DNA from: Monocercomonoides exilis PA203
Taxonomy: Eukaryota; Protista; Preaxostyla
Direction of reading: 5' to 3'
NCBI GenBank assembly: GCA_001643675.2
Contig: LSRY02000017.1
Coordinates: 930,001-994,000, forward strand
Length of the DNA: 64,000 nt
Shown: piece by piece, positions 27,001 through 39,048 of the stretch
Numbering within the stretch: the first letter of the stretch is position 1
Layout: each line of letters opens with the position of its first letter
Notes under the pieces: generated by a model
The model's database searches: none
Told to the model about the DNA's origin: nothing
What the model saw: the letters and a program-made list of their open reading frames with translations, nothing else
Made by a program: the position numbers and the translations under genes

Positions 27001-30000
27001 CTTCAGAGATACACAAAAAGGCAATGCATTTTGTCATTGGCGAAGATGATGAATGTGAATGTGAAGAAGATGGATGCGATATTGAAATGGGAAAGAGGGG
27101 AGACGAGGAGGAGGAGGAAGGAGAGGCAGGAGAGGAGAAGGAGAAGGAGAAGGAAGAGGATGGAGTTGATGGAGAAGAAGAGGAGAGAGGAAGAAGAAGA
27201 AGAAGAAGAAGAAGAAGAAGAAGAAGAAGAAAATGAGAAGAAAGAGAAGAGAAGGATAAGAAGAAGAGAAAGTGAAGAAGAAGAAGAAGCAATGAAACCT
27301 CAATCTCCTTCTTCAGATGATATCAAAATGACAACAGATTCATCTTCATCAAATGCACATCTTAATCATTCAGCTCTTTCTTCTCACTCATCCAATCTTT
27401 CGCTTTCTTCTTCGTCTTCGCTGTCTTCTTCTTCTTCTCCTCCTGCCATTTCTCAAAAAGTTGATAATTCTTCACATCAAATACAACCTTCTTCTTCTTC
27501 CTCTTCCTCTTCCTCTTCCTCTTCAACTTTCACTTCTCCATGTCAATCAATTCATTCAGACAATTCTTCATCTTCCACACACACACAAACACCTCCATCA
27601 TCTTCACCTCAATCTTCTTTTCCTTCTTCTTCTTCTTCCTCTTTCCCTCCTTCTTTCTCTTCCACAGCCACATCATCGTTCAAATCCCCTCTTTCAGACT
27701 CTTCTCATCCAGACTCAGAATTCGACATCTCGTTCTTGTCTCCACTTCACGTGCCTTCTTCTATGCCCAATCCTTCCCTTTCTCCGCTTTTCCGCTCGGA
27801 TGAATACGAAAATAACGATGATTATAATGATGATGATAATAACAGTAGTATTAACAGCAGAAATAAAAAAGAAAGAGAAAAAGAAAATAATAAAGAAGAA
27901 CAAGAAGAACAAGAAGAGAAAGAAGAGAAAGAAGCAAAATCCAAAATGACATCAGAAGAAGACTCAATTAATCCTTCAGATTGCAAAAACAACTCAAAAA
28001 TTGGATTTCCTTCAATCCGAAAGATGTACCCGCTTTCTGCACCGACTTCTCCTTCGAGTTATGATCTGATATCAACGCCTTTGGTGACGTCGTCTTCTTC
28101 TTCTCCTTCAGTTTCTTCTTCTTCTTCTTCTTCTTCTTCTTCCACTTCTTCTTCAATTTCTTCTTCTTCTTCTTCAAATAATGCAAGTTCGTTCTCTGGC
28201 AAAGGTATTTTCAATGCTGATGGGGTTATTGACTCCAAAATGGATTTGACAAACAACCAAAATGAGTCGAGTAAATTAAATAAAGCAGGAAAGGGAGGAA
28301 AAACAGGAAAAGAAAAAGAAGAAGATGATGACGATGAATCAAAAGATGAATCCAAAGACAAAGAGAAAGCAAAATCCAACATCGAAGCAGAAGCAGAATC
28401 TCTTGCAGAAGCAGAAGCCAAAGCAGATGTTGATGTTGACATAGAGACTGTCTCATCCACCACTGACGAGGCATTCGTGTTTGGCACAGATTCTAATGAA
28501 GATAACAGCAACAGCAGCAAAGCAGAAGACAATGGAAACGACGAGGAAGAAGAGGAAGATGATGATGACATGAAGTTTATTAAACAGAACATTCAGAGCA
28601 ACAAACAAGAAAATGAACAGAAAGATGCATCTTTTATTGAAAACTTACTCTTTTCCTCTTCTTCTTCCTCCTCATCTTCCTCTTCCTCTTCCTCTTCCTC
28701 ATCCTCTTCCTCATCTGACCTCCTCTCCTCTCCCACAAAGCTCTCTCTCTCCTTCCGCGACCCACTCACCTGCCTTCCCATGTCCCTCCCCGGCCGCTCT
28801 GTGTTCTGTGCGCATTCCGCCTGCTTCGACTTGCCCACGTTTCTGTCACAGGCAAAGCAGACAAGAGATTTTCGGTGTCCGCATTGCCGAGTGCTTGCGC
28901 TGCCGCACAATCTGCGTGTGGATGTGCTGCTGAAAGGGGTGATGGACGAGTGGAAGGAGAAGGAGAGGAGGATGGGGAAGAAGGAGGAGATTGAGAGGGT
29001 CGTGTTTGTGAAGAGGAAGGGGATGCTGAGGAGGAGGGAGGAGAGGAGGAGGAGGAGGAGGGTGGAGCAGCATAAGGCGCATGCGGAAGAGAGGAAGAGA
29101 GGAGAAGAGAGAGAAAGAAATGAAGAGAAAGAAGAAAAGGAGGAGAAAGAGAAGGAAGAGAAGGAAAGCAATGGAAGTTTATTAAATCAAACAGAAAAAG
29201 AAAAACCAAAAACAAATGCAACATCAAAGCAACCCATCAAACTGAGCAAACAAGAAAGAAAAGCTCAAATGCTATCATCCTTGAAGAAAGAGAGGGAGAA
29301 TGTCTCAACATACTTCCACATCACTGCAGAGACAGAGACGGGCGAGCAGTGGCTGGAGGCGAAGATCAAGCGGATGGACAGAGAAAGAGCGAAAGAGATC
29401 AAAAAGGAGTCAATGAGCAAATTCAATGAATCTCCGTATCTTTCCTCGCATTCGAATTCTTTCTCTGGGTCTTCTTCTGCTTCTGATTCTTCCTCTTCGT
29501 CTTCGTCTTCTTCTTCTTCTTTGAGTTCGCCGCATTCACGTTCAGAACCGATAGATGTGATTGATGTCATAGACGATGGTGATGATGAATCAGATACCAT
29601 ATCTCGTCCTACTTCTTCCTCCTCCTCTTCCTCCTCCTCTTCCTCCTCCTCTTCCTCCTCCTCCTCCTCTTCTTCTTCTTCTTCCTCTTCTTCCATTTCT
29701 CTTCCCTCCATCTTCTCTTCAATGACCCGCCCTCAACTCGAGCAGCGGCTGTCAGCTGCGCAACAGCGCTTGTCTCTCATCACGCACGACGCAACCGTGT
29801 TTGTGCGGACAGAATCTGCCGACGGAGAAATTTCAGCTTCGGAGAAATTGCTGACGATGAGCGAGAGCTGGCTGCCGGCGTATTTCAGAGAGAAAGAAGA
29901 GAGAAGAATGGCAGCAGGGGGAATGCTTTCTGCAGGAAATGCAATGACTTCGTTTGCTTCTTCCTATACTGCTAATCCGAACAAACCATTTTCTCCTCCT

Positions 30001-32781
30001 CTTTCTTCTTCTTCTTCAAATCAGTCTTCTTTGCCTTTTGTTTTACCACCAGACACAACGTTGTGGGTCCCTGATGTCTCTACAGGAAAGCTCATTCCAT
30101 ATTCAGACTTTGTCACACGAAGAAAAGCAGCTCTTGTTGAAGTGGAGCAACTGACTGCACAACTCCAGGAGATTCAGAAAAGAAATGCTGTTTCTTCTTC
30201 TTCTTCTAATTTTATATCTTCTTCACCTCAGCAGCAGAAGGGCATTCGTGTTGGATATGGTGCAGGGCAAAAGCATCTGATGCCTGCACATTCAAATGGA
30301 AGTGATATATCTTCTTCATCATCATCTTCTTCTTCTTCAATGGAAGATGATGAAGAAGAAACAGCAAACAGAACAACACAGGAACAAATGCAGCAGCAGC
30401 AACAGGATGCGAAGATGACAGCGCTGGAGAGGGAGAGGCAGAAGCTGAATGAAAGGAAGAAAGAGCATCAGCAGCTGCTGAACCGGAGGAAAGAGGTGAT
30501 GAAGGAGAAAGTGAGGAAGTATGGAGAACTGATGATGTGGCAGAAAGGGAAAGACGGAGAAGAGGTAAGGCAGCTGGTGAGGGCGAACGTGGAAGGATAC
30601 AGAGACAAGAGGAAAGAAGGGAGGAAAACAAGAAGTGGAAGCAGAAACAACAATAACAGGGAGGAAGAGGGAGAGGGAGAGGAAGAAGATGATATTGAGA
30701 ACGATAATGATGATGAAGATGGAGAAAGAGAAAGAGAAGGAGAAAGAGAAAGAGGAGAAAAAAGCAGCAAACTTGACAATAAAGTGATACAGTTCTTTTA
30801 TTCTTCAGTCTTTTTGAAATATCTTGTGCAGAACAAGTTGCTATCACAGTTCGATTTTGAGCTGATTTGCGGGGGAAAACATTACACGACAGAGAAAAAG
30901 GGGGAAACAGAAGTTATTCTGCTTGATGATGATGACGAGGAGGAAGAAGAGGAAGAAGCAAGGCATAGTGATGATAATGATGATGATGGAGGTGATGAAG
31001 ACAATGATGAGAATGAGAATGAAGGTGAAGAAGAAGAAGAAGAAAGAAGAGAACGAGAAAGAAACAATCAGAACAACGGCAAAGGAGCAGATGAAAGAGA
31101 GGCACAAAGAAAAAAGAGGAAGAGAAGGAGAAGAACAGGACCATCATCAACGAATAACAATACGAATGAAGATTCAGAGGGAGAAGAAGAAGATGATGAT
31201 GATGATGGCGATGGTGATACTTACAAAAGAGCAGCTAATTTTGATGAAGGAAGCAATGAAAGCGATAAAGACGGAGAAAGAGGTGGAAGAGAAGGAAGAG
31301 AAAGACACAATTTTGTCCCTTATTTTGGCTCAACTGGGAGAGAAGAAGGAGAAGGAGAAGATGATGATGATGAAGAGACGAATCTCGGTAGTAATGGTGG
31401 CAGCAGTGATAACGGCTACAGCGAAGACGAATACGGAAATTATATCAGACGGAAAATCAAACAGAGGAAGAAGAGAAAAGAGCAGAGAAACAAGGGAAAT
31501 GAGGGAGAAGGCGAAGGAAGGCCGAGCAGCCGGAATGAGAAGGTGAATCAGAAGGGGACTTCAAAGGAGCCGTTGATAATTGAGTTGTTGTCTGATGACA
31601 GCAGCGATGAAGGAGAAACGAGGCAGAATGGACAATTTGCGAACACACAAAGAAATTTAACTGAAAATGCGAAGGAAACAGAAAACAAAACAGGAGCAGA
31701 GCAAGAAAAAAACAAAGAAAAATCTTTTTTCTCTAATTCTTCCTCTTCGCTTCCGTTTCCTCGTGTTCTGAATACACAACAATCTTCACCTGTGCAATCA
31801 ACAAGTATTCTTTCTCCTCTTCAACCTCATCCTCCTCTTCCTTCTTTCTCTCCTTTTTCGACTTTTTCTTCTTCCTCTCCTTCTTTTCCTTCTTTTCCTT
31901 CTCCTTCTTCTTCTCCCCCTTTTCCTTCACTGCAGATGCTGCAACAGCAGAAGCAGATGCAGCAAATGCAGAATATAACACAAACTCAGTCTGATTCTAG
32001 TTTAGGTAATAGTTCTTCTTTGCCTTCTGCTTCTTCTTCAATTTCTTCTTCCTCCTCCTCCTCTTCTTCTTCTTCTTCTTCTTCTTCTTCTTCCCCTCCT
32101 CCTCCTTCGCCCACCCCAACATTGACACCTTCTCTAACTCCTTCACTTTCTCCTTCTCCTTCTCCTTCCACACCACCACCTTCATCATCATCACCATCTC
32201 CTTCTTCTTCCTCCTCTTCTTCTTCTTCTTCTTCTTCTCTGTCACCTCACCCATCTTCTCCTTCTCTTTCTTCTTCTTCTTCTTCTCTTCCTCTTTCTCT
32301 TCCTCCTCGTTTGGGTCGCACAAGCACTTATCAGCGGCTGAATGCGCTTGCAGCAAAAGTGTATGAAGACATAACACCAGGCGCTGCTGAAGAGTATGAA
32401 AAGTATGTGGAAAGAGAAGAGAAGGAGAGGAAGGAGAAAGAAGAGAGAATGAAGAAGAAAGAGAAAAAGAAGAAGAAGAAGAAAGATGGACAAAAGGAAA
32501 AAACAGCAAAGAATGAGAGAGGAAAACAAGAGACGGAAACATCAAGTGAATCTAAACAGAAGCAAGCTGATAAATCTTCTCAACAAACTTCTTCTTCTTC
32601 TCTTTCTTCTTCTTCTTCTTCTTCTTCTTCTTCTCATCCTTTTCAATCTTCTGCTATTGTGAATGAACATCAACCCAAACGTTCTCTTTTCACTTCATCG
32701 CCTTCTTCTCCGTTACGACTAACACTCAATTTAGCTCCTTCTAACAGAACTTCTCCTTCTCATGCTTCTTCTTCTCTTTCT

Positions 32782-32813
<32 letters not shown>

Positions 32814-33057
32814 TTCTTCTTCTTCTTCTAATTCATTATCTTCCATCACCTCCCCTTTTCCTTCTCTCATGTTTCCTTATCCAAAGACTAATCAATACAG
32901 CACACAGAATCCAAATTTCTCTTCTCCTTCTTCAAATATTCTTTCTTTTCCTTCACTTTCTTCTGTTTCTTCTTCTGTTCCTTCGATTCCTTCCACTTCA
33001 GCACAAACTTCTGCTTCACCGCAAATGCTGAGGCAGAGGCAGGACTCTCACCGTTGA
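24100..33057 (+). CDS. SP-RING (zf-MIZ) SUMO E3 ligase-like protein with N-terminal CUE domain, ~2965 aa; intron 24221-24280
   Basis: Exon 1 MDDSIRQLKDRFPEIDEQLLYLILKRCDGSVDRAVNII fits the CUE pattern. LSFRDPLTCLPMSLPGRSVFCAHSACFDLPTFL...FRCPHC...LRVD at ~28741-28930 fits SP-RING. The 60-nt intron has an in-frame TGA and is phase-consistent. Confidence 0.82.
26779..26871 (+). repeat. Perfect (TCT)31 microsatellite in a poly-Ser tract, preceded by a (TCC)n block
   Basis: Read directly from the sequence. Confidence 0.9.
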
Positions 33058-33783
33058 GGTATTTATTTATTTTATTTTTTAAGTTAACACTTCACTTCAC
33101 TTCCCAATAAGATCACAAAAATGTGATGAATGATGAAATGAAATAATTTGTGGTTTTATGATGATTTTGGAATTATTTAATGTAGAAAAATAAAAATCTA
33201 TAAGTGTTTAGCGTCAAAATATATTTGTGGACTTTTTTTTTAAAAAAGATCGATTTTATTTCCTGTCGCTTTAAAATATTTTTTGCTAGTAAGCGATTAT
33301 AAAAGAGAATTTTATGCCTTCGTTGATTATTCTTTATGAATCTTTCAAAAAGATATTTTTCACAATTGAAAAGTTCACAAAATAGTTTTTAATTGACATA
33401 GCATAATAAATCACATTTTTTTGTACATTATAATAACAAGAATAAAAATAAATAACAAACGTAATATATATATATGTTTAATAAATTAGAACTTATTTTT
33501 TGTGTAATTTTTATAAAATTATATTTTTTGTATGTGGTACAAAATTTTTTCATTTAAGAAAAAAGCAAAGATTTGTTCCAGACTTTTTCTTCAATCGTAT
33601 GGTAATTATTCTAACATTATCATGCAATCTTAAATATGAAAATATAAAAAAACGAAAAAAATCTTTGAAAGAACTGTGCGGAACAAAATTCATAAAACAA
33701 AAAAATATTCTCATTGACAATATTTAGTCCCAAATTTAAATTTTGATTTTTTGTTGGTTATTTGTTGCAATTTAAAGAGGATA

Positions 33784-36700
33784 ATGTATGATTATGTTCC
33801 CCTTCACGGCAATGCTAGTGAAAGGAAAGTTGCATGTGCTTATTTAAGATTTTATATTTCTCAAAGTTGGAGAGAAATGAAGCATCACAAATGTAGTTTT
33901 TGTTGGGGTGTTGTTGGGTTTGACTTGAGTTATTTATTTACGTATAAAAATTACTTTTTTTAATTAGTTGTTTCCTTGTAAGTTTGATTATTCCTATCGT
34001 ATTAAACCTTGCAACAAGGCAACCAGAAATGTCGTATTCTGATTTAGAAAGACGATATGGAAAAACTGATTTGACATTGTCCTCAGCACATGGTACAGAA
34101 ATAATGAGTCTGAATGCTACGCGTGCAAAAGAGATTTTAGATCCACTTGGAAAAGAAGTTTGCAATTTCAGTTGAAAAAATTATTTGTGAAGTGATTCCT
34201 TGATAACAGTATTCAATGTGCACGCCTCGTGCAGTAGTACGATTTGCAGATGGCAGATATTTTAAAAGGCGCATTTATGGTAAATTTAGTGCAGTTAACA
34301 GCAAGCTTGAAGTTTGCTTCAAAATAATTTTAATTTTAAATGCAAAAATTCTTTAAAAATTCTTTATATCTCTTACAACATAAACAAATTATATTTTTCA
34401 TTTTATTTCAATTTCTGTGATTTAGAAACAATATGACCTTGGTTGGAAGAGTAGTTATAACTCTATTCCCAAAGGAAAAATCGTTATTGATCTTTTTTCT
34501 TCTTTTAATTTTGAAGAGTTCAAAGTTGGAAACGTTGTAAATTTGTTCTTGAACATGTCACAATTTTCGCCTATTGCTTTTGATGTTGTAAAGAAGCAGG
34601 CTCCCACCCGTTTACTTGAAGCAGTGAAATATTTACAAAATTTTACAGTCCCGTTTGAAATTGCCGAGGTTTGAAGATTATTTCATTGAAACTTTTATTG
34701 TTTTTGCTATTTTTGCAGTTTCGTTTATTTTAATTAAATGTTTTTTTTTTTTTTTTGGTTATTTGTTTAGAATCTTTTATTCTTATATTCTTTTTTTATA
34801 ATTTTCGTGTAAAATATTTGTTTTGTCGAAACAATGTTATTTTTTTCAAAACTTATTCAAACATCATCTTTTGTTTTAAATAAATTTTTAGGTTCTAACA
34901 AGTGATAATGGCATTTTTCGTGACAAAACATTTTACGCAGAAATCGACAATGTCTGGGAACACGTTTGAATTTGCTTTTAATTGAATGCTCATAATTTTT
35001 ATCTCCTTATTTTTTACTCGTTTTCTCTTGTTTGCTTCAGATTGTTGAATATTTACCTCGCTCTGTTTTAGAAATTGTTGATATAGAACATTTTCGAGAA
35101 GCCAAGCTGAATGATTATGCTACTGAGCTTGATTGCAACTTGCAAGTTCCAAGAAATAAAACCTATTTACATGCTGATAGCTCGATTACAACACGGTTTG
35201 TTTCAATCTTCCATTATCGAAAAATATATCAGCAAGACATTAAATATGAATTGATGTGAAAACCTATTTATTTCAGAAAATTGAATTCTTGGTCAACAAA
35301 CATTCTGTATGCGCTGAATTTTGCTGAGCTTTATGCAGAGTTGTGGGGACTGAGAGACTTTGGCTCTTCCTTCGAAAGCGTGATGATTCTGCCTATGGGA
35401 ATGATGGTTGTGATGCTTTTGGCGATAACTATCTTAATCATCTACTCTCAGATCCAAAGGTCTGTCGATGGAAGAGCTTACGAGCTGGGGCTGATGCGTG
35501 TGCATGGAATGGGCAGGTTCGGAGTGGTGATGCTGATTGTGATACAAGCTTTCACGTTTGCTATTCCTGGGATCATATTCGGGATCATTGGGGCTCAAGG
35601 AATCAATGTTGCATTAATTTATTTGATTACGAAAGATACAGACATGCACTTGACCGTTATGCTTTCCCCGTGGTCTGTGATTTTCACGATTCTGGTTGTT
35701 TTAGCTGCGACACTGGTTGCTTCTTTCTTCCCGATCAAAACGGCATTGTCAACCAACCTGCATGATTCAATCGATGTGCAGCACACGAACACATCTGCTG
35801 TGCTTATCACCATCGAACGAAGTGACTCTATTCATTCGTCGTCCACTCTGCTTGTTGATGGTCTAATCTTGACAGTGATTGGGGCATGTGTATATTTGCT
35901 CTTTCCTCTTTCGCTGGCATCAGGCAATATGGTATTGATGATAATTCTCCTGATTGGTCTGGTGATCTGTGTGATGACAGCGCTGGTTCTGATTTTTGTT
36001 AATTTTGAATATATCTTCGAAGCAGTTGTGTCAACTGTGTTTCTTTTTTGGGAGAAAAAAGCGGTACGGAAAATGGCTCTAAAAAATCTCAGTTTGCATA
36101 GACTGAGAAATCGTGGGACGACGATAATGTTTGCTTTGATTCTGTGCTTTGTATTTACAGGGGATATTTTAACAAACACTATTCTTGAATCGTCAAATGC
36201 GTCTGTGTACGAGCATTATGCTTGCGATTTGGAAATTCAACTTTTTGCATCCTATCATGAGCCTATATTCAATGAATATGAAAATTGGAATGGCTCAATA
36301 TTTTTCCCGCCTCCGCTTTTTAATTCGATCCGCAAAGCTGATAGCTTAAAAATGCAAGATGTGCAGATTGTGCAAGCAGTTTTAGACGAATACAAAGATG
36401 TGATTGAATCGTACGCATATGTCAGTAATGCTCTTTCACAACAACAAGGAGGAAGGGAAGCAAGCGTGATGATGACGAATCGTGGGAGGACATATCAAAG
36501 CTTATTTGATCTTATGGCTGTCTCACCCAATTACAAAGCAGCAACTGATGAGAAAGTTTGGCATATAAAATCCACTTTGAACGACAAAAAGAAAATGACT
36601 GGTGATGATGTAATGAGACAGTTGTATGTGAACTACTTTGATTCATCAATGGCGATTATATCACAAGATTTCAAAAAGCAGCTACGATCTAATCTGGGAG

Positions 36701-37857
36701 ATAAATATGTTTTGACTAAGAATCTCAGCGCAGCTGCAACTTATTACTTGCCATTTTATTCAAACACACTCTTCAATGAGATGGATAAAGACTCAGCGAA
36801 GAAAGAAAATGAAATTGTTGATGGAAGGACGGATACAATTTCATTGTCATCTATCTTCAAAAACATCACAATTGGGGGATTCGTTACATCTTTTCCATAT
36901 CCTTACTTTTACTTTTCTTACAACTACTATGTGGTATCTCTTATTCCGGTTTCTATTCCATTTATGTGTGAGACAATAGACAACATAAATGGTGTTTTTG
37001 CATCTCCTGCTTTTGATGACTTGTACATTTACTCCATCAAAATTAAGTATAAGAAAGGAGCGTCTTCCTCAAGAACTGATTCTTTGGTGCGTGACATCAG
37101 TGATGTTAAATTTGGTAATTCAACTTCTTTGGCATGCTTCATTGATTCAAATTCGAATTCTCAAAATCCTTCAAATAGGCATTGCAACTGTGAAGAAAGA
37201 GAAGAATTTAAAGAAAATACAGATGATAAAAGAATAAAACAAATTATAAATAAAGAAAGTGCGGTTTCCTCGACCTTATATAATCCCAAAAAAGCTGATT
37301 CTTTTGTGAAATCATTAAAAAAGCAGCCATTATTAAGAGATAACAATGTATTTTCTTCATCTTCATTTGTTGATAATAAAAACCCTTATTTAAGATCAGA
37401 TATTTGGACAAAGAAAAGTTTTGATGAAGGGAATGCTTTTGTAGAGGTCATGATGCATTCAATATTTGCTGCTAGTGCACTTTTTATGAGTTTTCTTGGT
37501 GAATGCTCGCTTGTTGCTGCAATGTCGTCGAATGTGCTTTCGTCTAAAAAAGACTACGGAATGATGCGATCGATGGGAATGTCACAGTTTCAGACGCGGC
37601 GTGTATACATTGAAGAGGCGTTCATTCTGGTGATGGCTGCGTCTGTAATGGGAATGGTTTCTGGAATGCTCTTGTCGTATATGGTTTCATCTCAAATAGT
37701 GCTGCTGCTTTCATATGGAAAGCCAGTCTTTTATTTTCCGTATGTAACGTTAATTTCATTAGTGTTTGTCTCAATGTTGATGGGGTATTTATCAACTTCT
37801 GCACCTTTGTCGTATCTGAGGCATATTCAGATTGCAGATTGTATGAGGTCCTTATGA
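33784..37857 (+). CDS. FtsX/MacB-like permease family protein with two FtsX domains, ~1158 aa; introns 33918-33967, 34158-34209, 34312-34425, 34669-34891, 34964-35040, 35196-35276
   Basis: Two copies of the FtsX signature (RAYELGLMRVHGMGRFGVVMLIVIQA and KKDYGMMRSMGMSQFQTRRVYIEEA), each preceded by a TM helix and a large extracytoplasmic loop. ALKNLSLHRLRNRGT lies at the start of the second half. Six GTTTG..AG introns, all phase-consistent. Confidence 0.85.
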
Positions 37858-38821
37858 TGTTGCTCGATTAAATGATACTGATGTGTATAAGCTTGTGTAA
37901 GTGAGCATTTTACTATTTCTGTGAAAAGTCATTAATGAAATTTTTTTAATTGTTGCATAGAATTTTGAGTAAATTTGAGGAAACTGTTTATAATGTTAAC
38001 ATGTTTAATGAGTATTTATGTTCAAATTATCGCTTTATCATCTTTTTGAATATGTATATATATGCATATATTATAAATATTTTGTTTCAAAGAGAAATTT
38101 TTTAAATTCATTTTTCATTATAAACGTTATAACTGGAATTATTATTTTATCTTGTCCTTTTTTATTTAGACCCAAATAATAACAATAATGATTCTTTTCA
38201 AAATACCCAAATTTTGTATGAAATCTTTTGTGTTGCACTTATTAACCAACTTTAAAAAAACCACAATCAATGTTTGAAATAATTGATGGTTAGGTTTTTT
38301 GTGTACCAAAAGGAAAAAAAAATGGTATATGATTGATCGGGAATAATTTTTTTTTCAATTTTCAAAACAAAACCCTTGCAACAAGAGAAATCGAAGAAAC
38401 CTCTATCGGTCAAGAGATTAAATTTGTGTGTATGTTTTTTTTTTTTTTTTTTTTTTCCTGTCTTTACCGGATATAGTTACTTGTTATGTTATCAATACAA
38501 GTTATAATCTCATTACTTGTGCAAAACATTTTTGACTTTTTTATCATACATTTTCCATCACCAATAATCACATGGCAAAATATGTATAATCACTTTTTTT
38601 TTCACGATGGATTCATTATTAATGAAAAATCAACTTTTTGATCAGAAATATCAATTTTTTGATTTTTCAAAATTATGTTTAAATAAGTCTGAATAACATA
38701 ATAAAAAATAAAAAATTGTTATTTCAATTGAAAAATGTGTATTTGTGAAAAATTCCCAAAAATTAAATATTTGATCCAAAATAAGTTATTTTGTTTATTT
38801 GTTTTTATTTTTTGTGTTGAG

Positions 38822-39048
38822 CAACATCGAATTTAATCACAATCGGATATAGTCACAAAAAGTTGTGCAAAACCCGATGTGATAATATCTGATGTTGACA
38901 AAACAGTCATTATTGCATTTCATTTCATTTGTTGAAAAAGAAATATAAATCAAAATTTTTTATTTGATTTTCATTGCGTTTTCGATTGCACAGAAAAAAA
39001 AAATGAATTTGAAATTAACAATGCAATTTTTGACAACTGTTCACAACA
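38822..39048 (+). ncRNA. Candidate H/ACA-box snoRNA-like structured RNA
   Basis: Nested hairpin CAACATC/GATGTTG, ATCAC-a-ATCGG/CCGAT-GTGAT and CACAA/TTGTG, followed immediately by ACAAAA (fits ANANNA). A second, looser hairpin (GTCA/TGAC, ATTGCATT/AATGCAAT) and ACA triplets follow. No target was identified. Confidence 0.35.

Noticed and set aside
38435-38456. T22 run as a retroposon poly(A) tail on the minus strand
   Set aside because: No target-site duplication, no RT or endonuclease remnant and no Pol III A/B boxes recognised. Homopolymers are common in this DNA.
38455-38472. U5 loop-I-like TCCTGTCTTTACCGGA
   Set aside because: It deviates from the invariant GCCUUUUAC, has a very short stem, and directly follows a T22 run.
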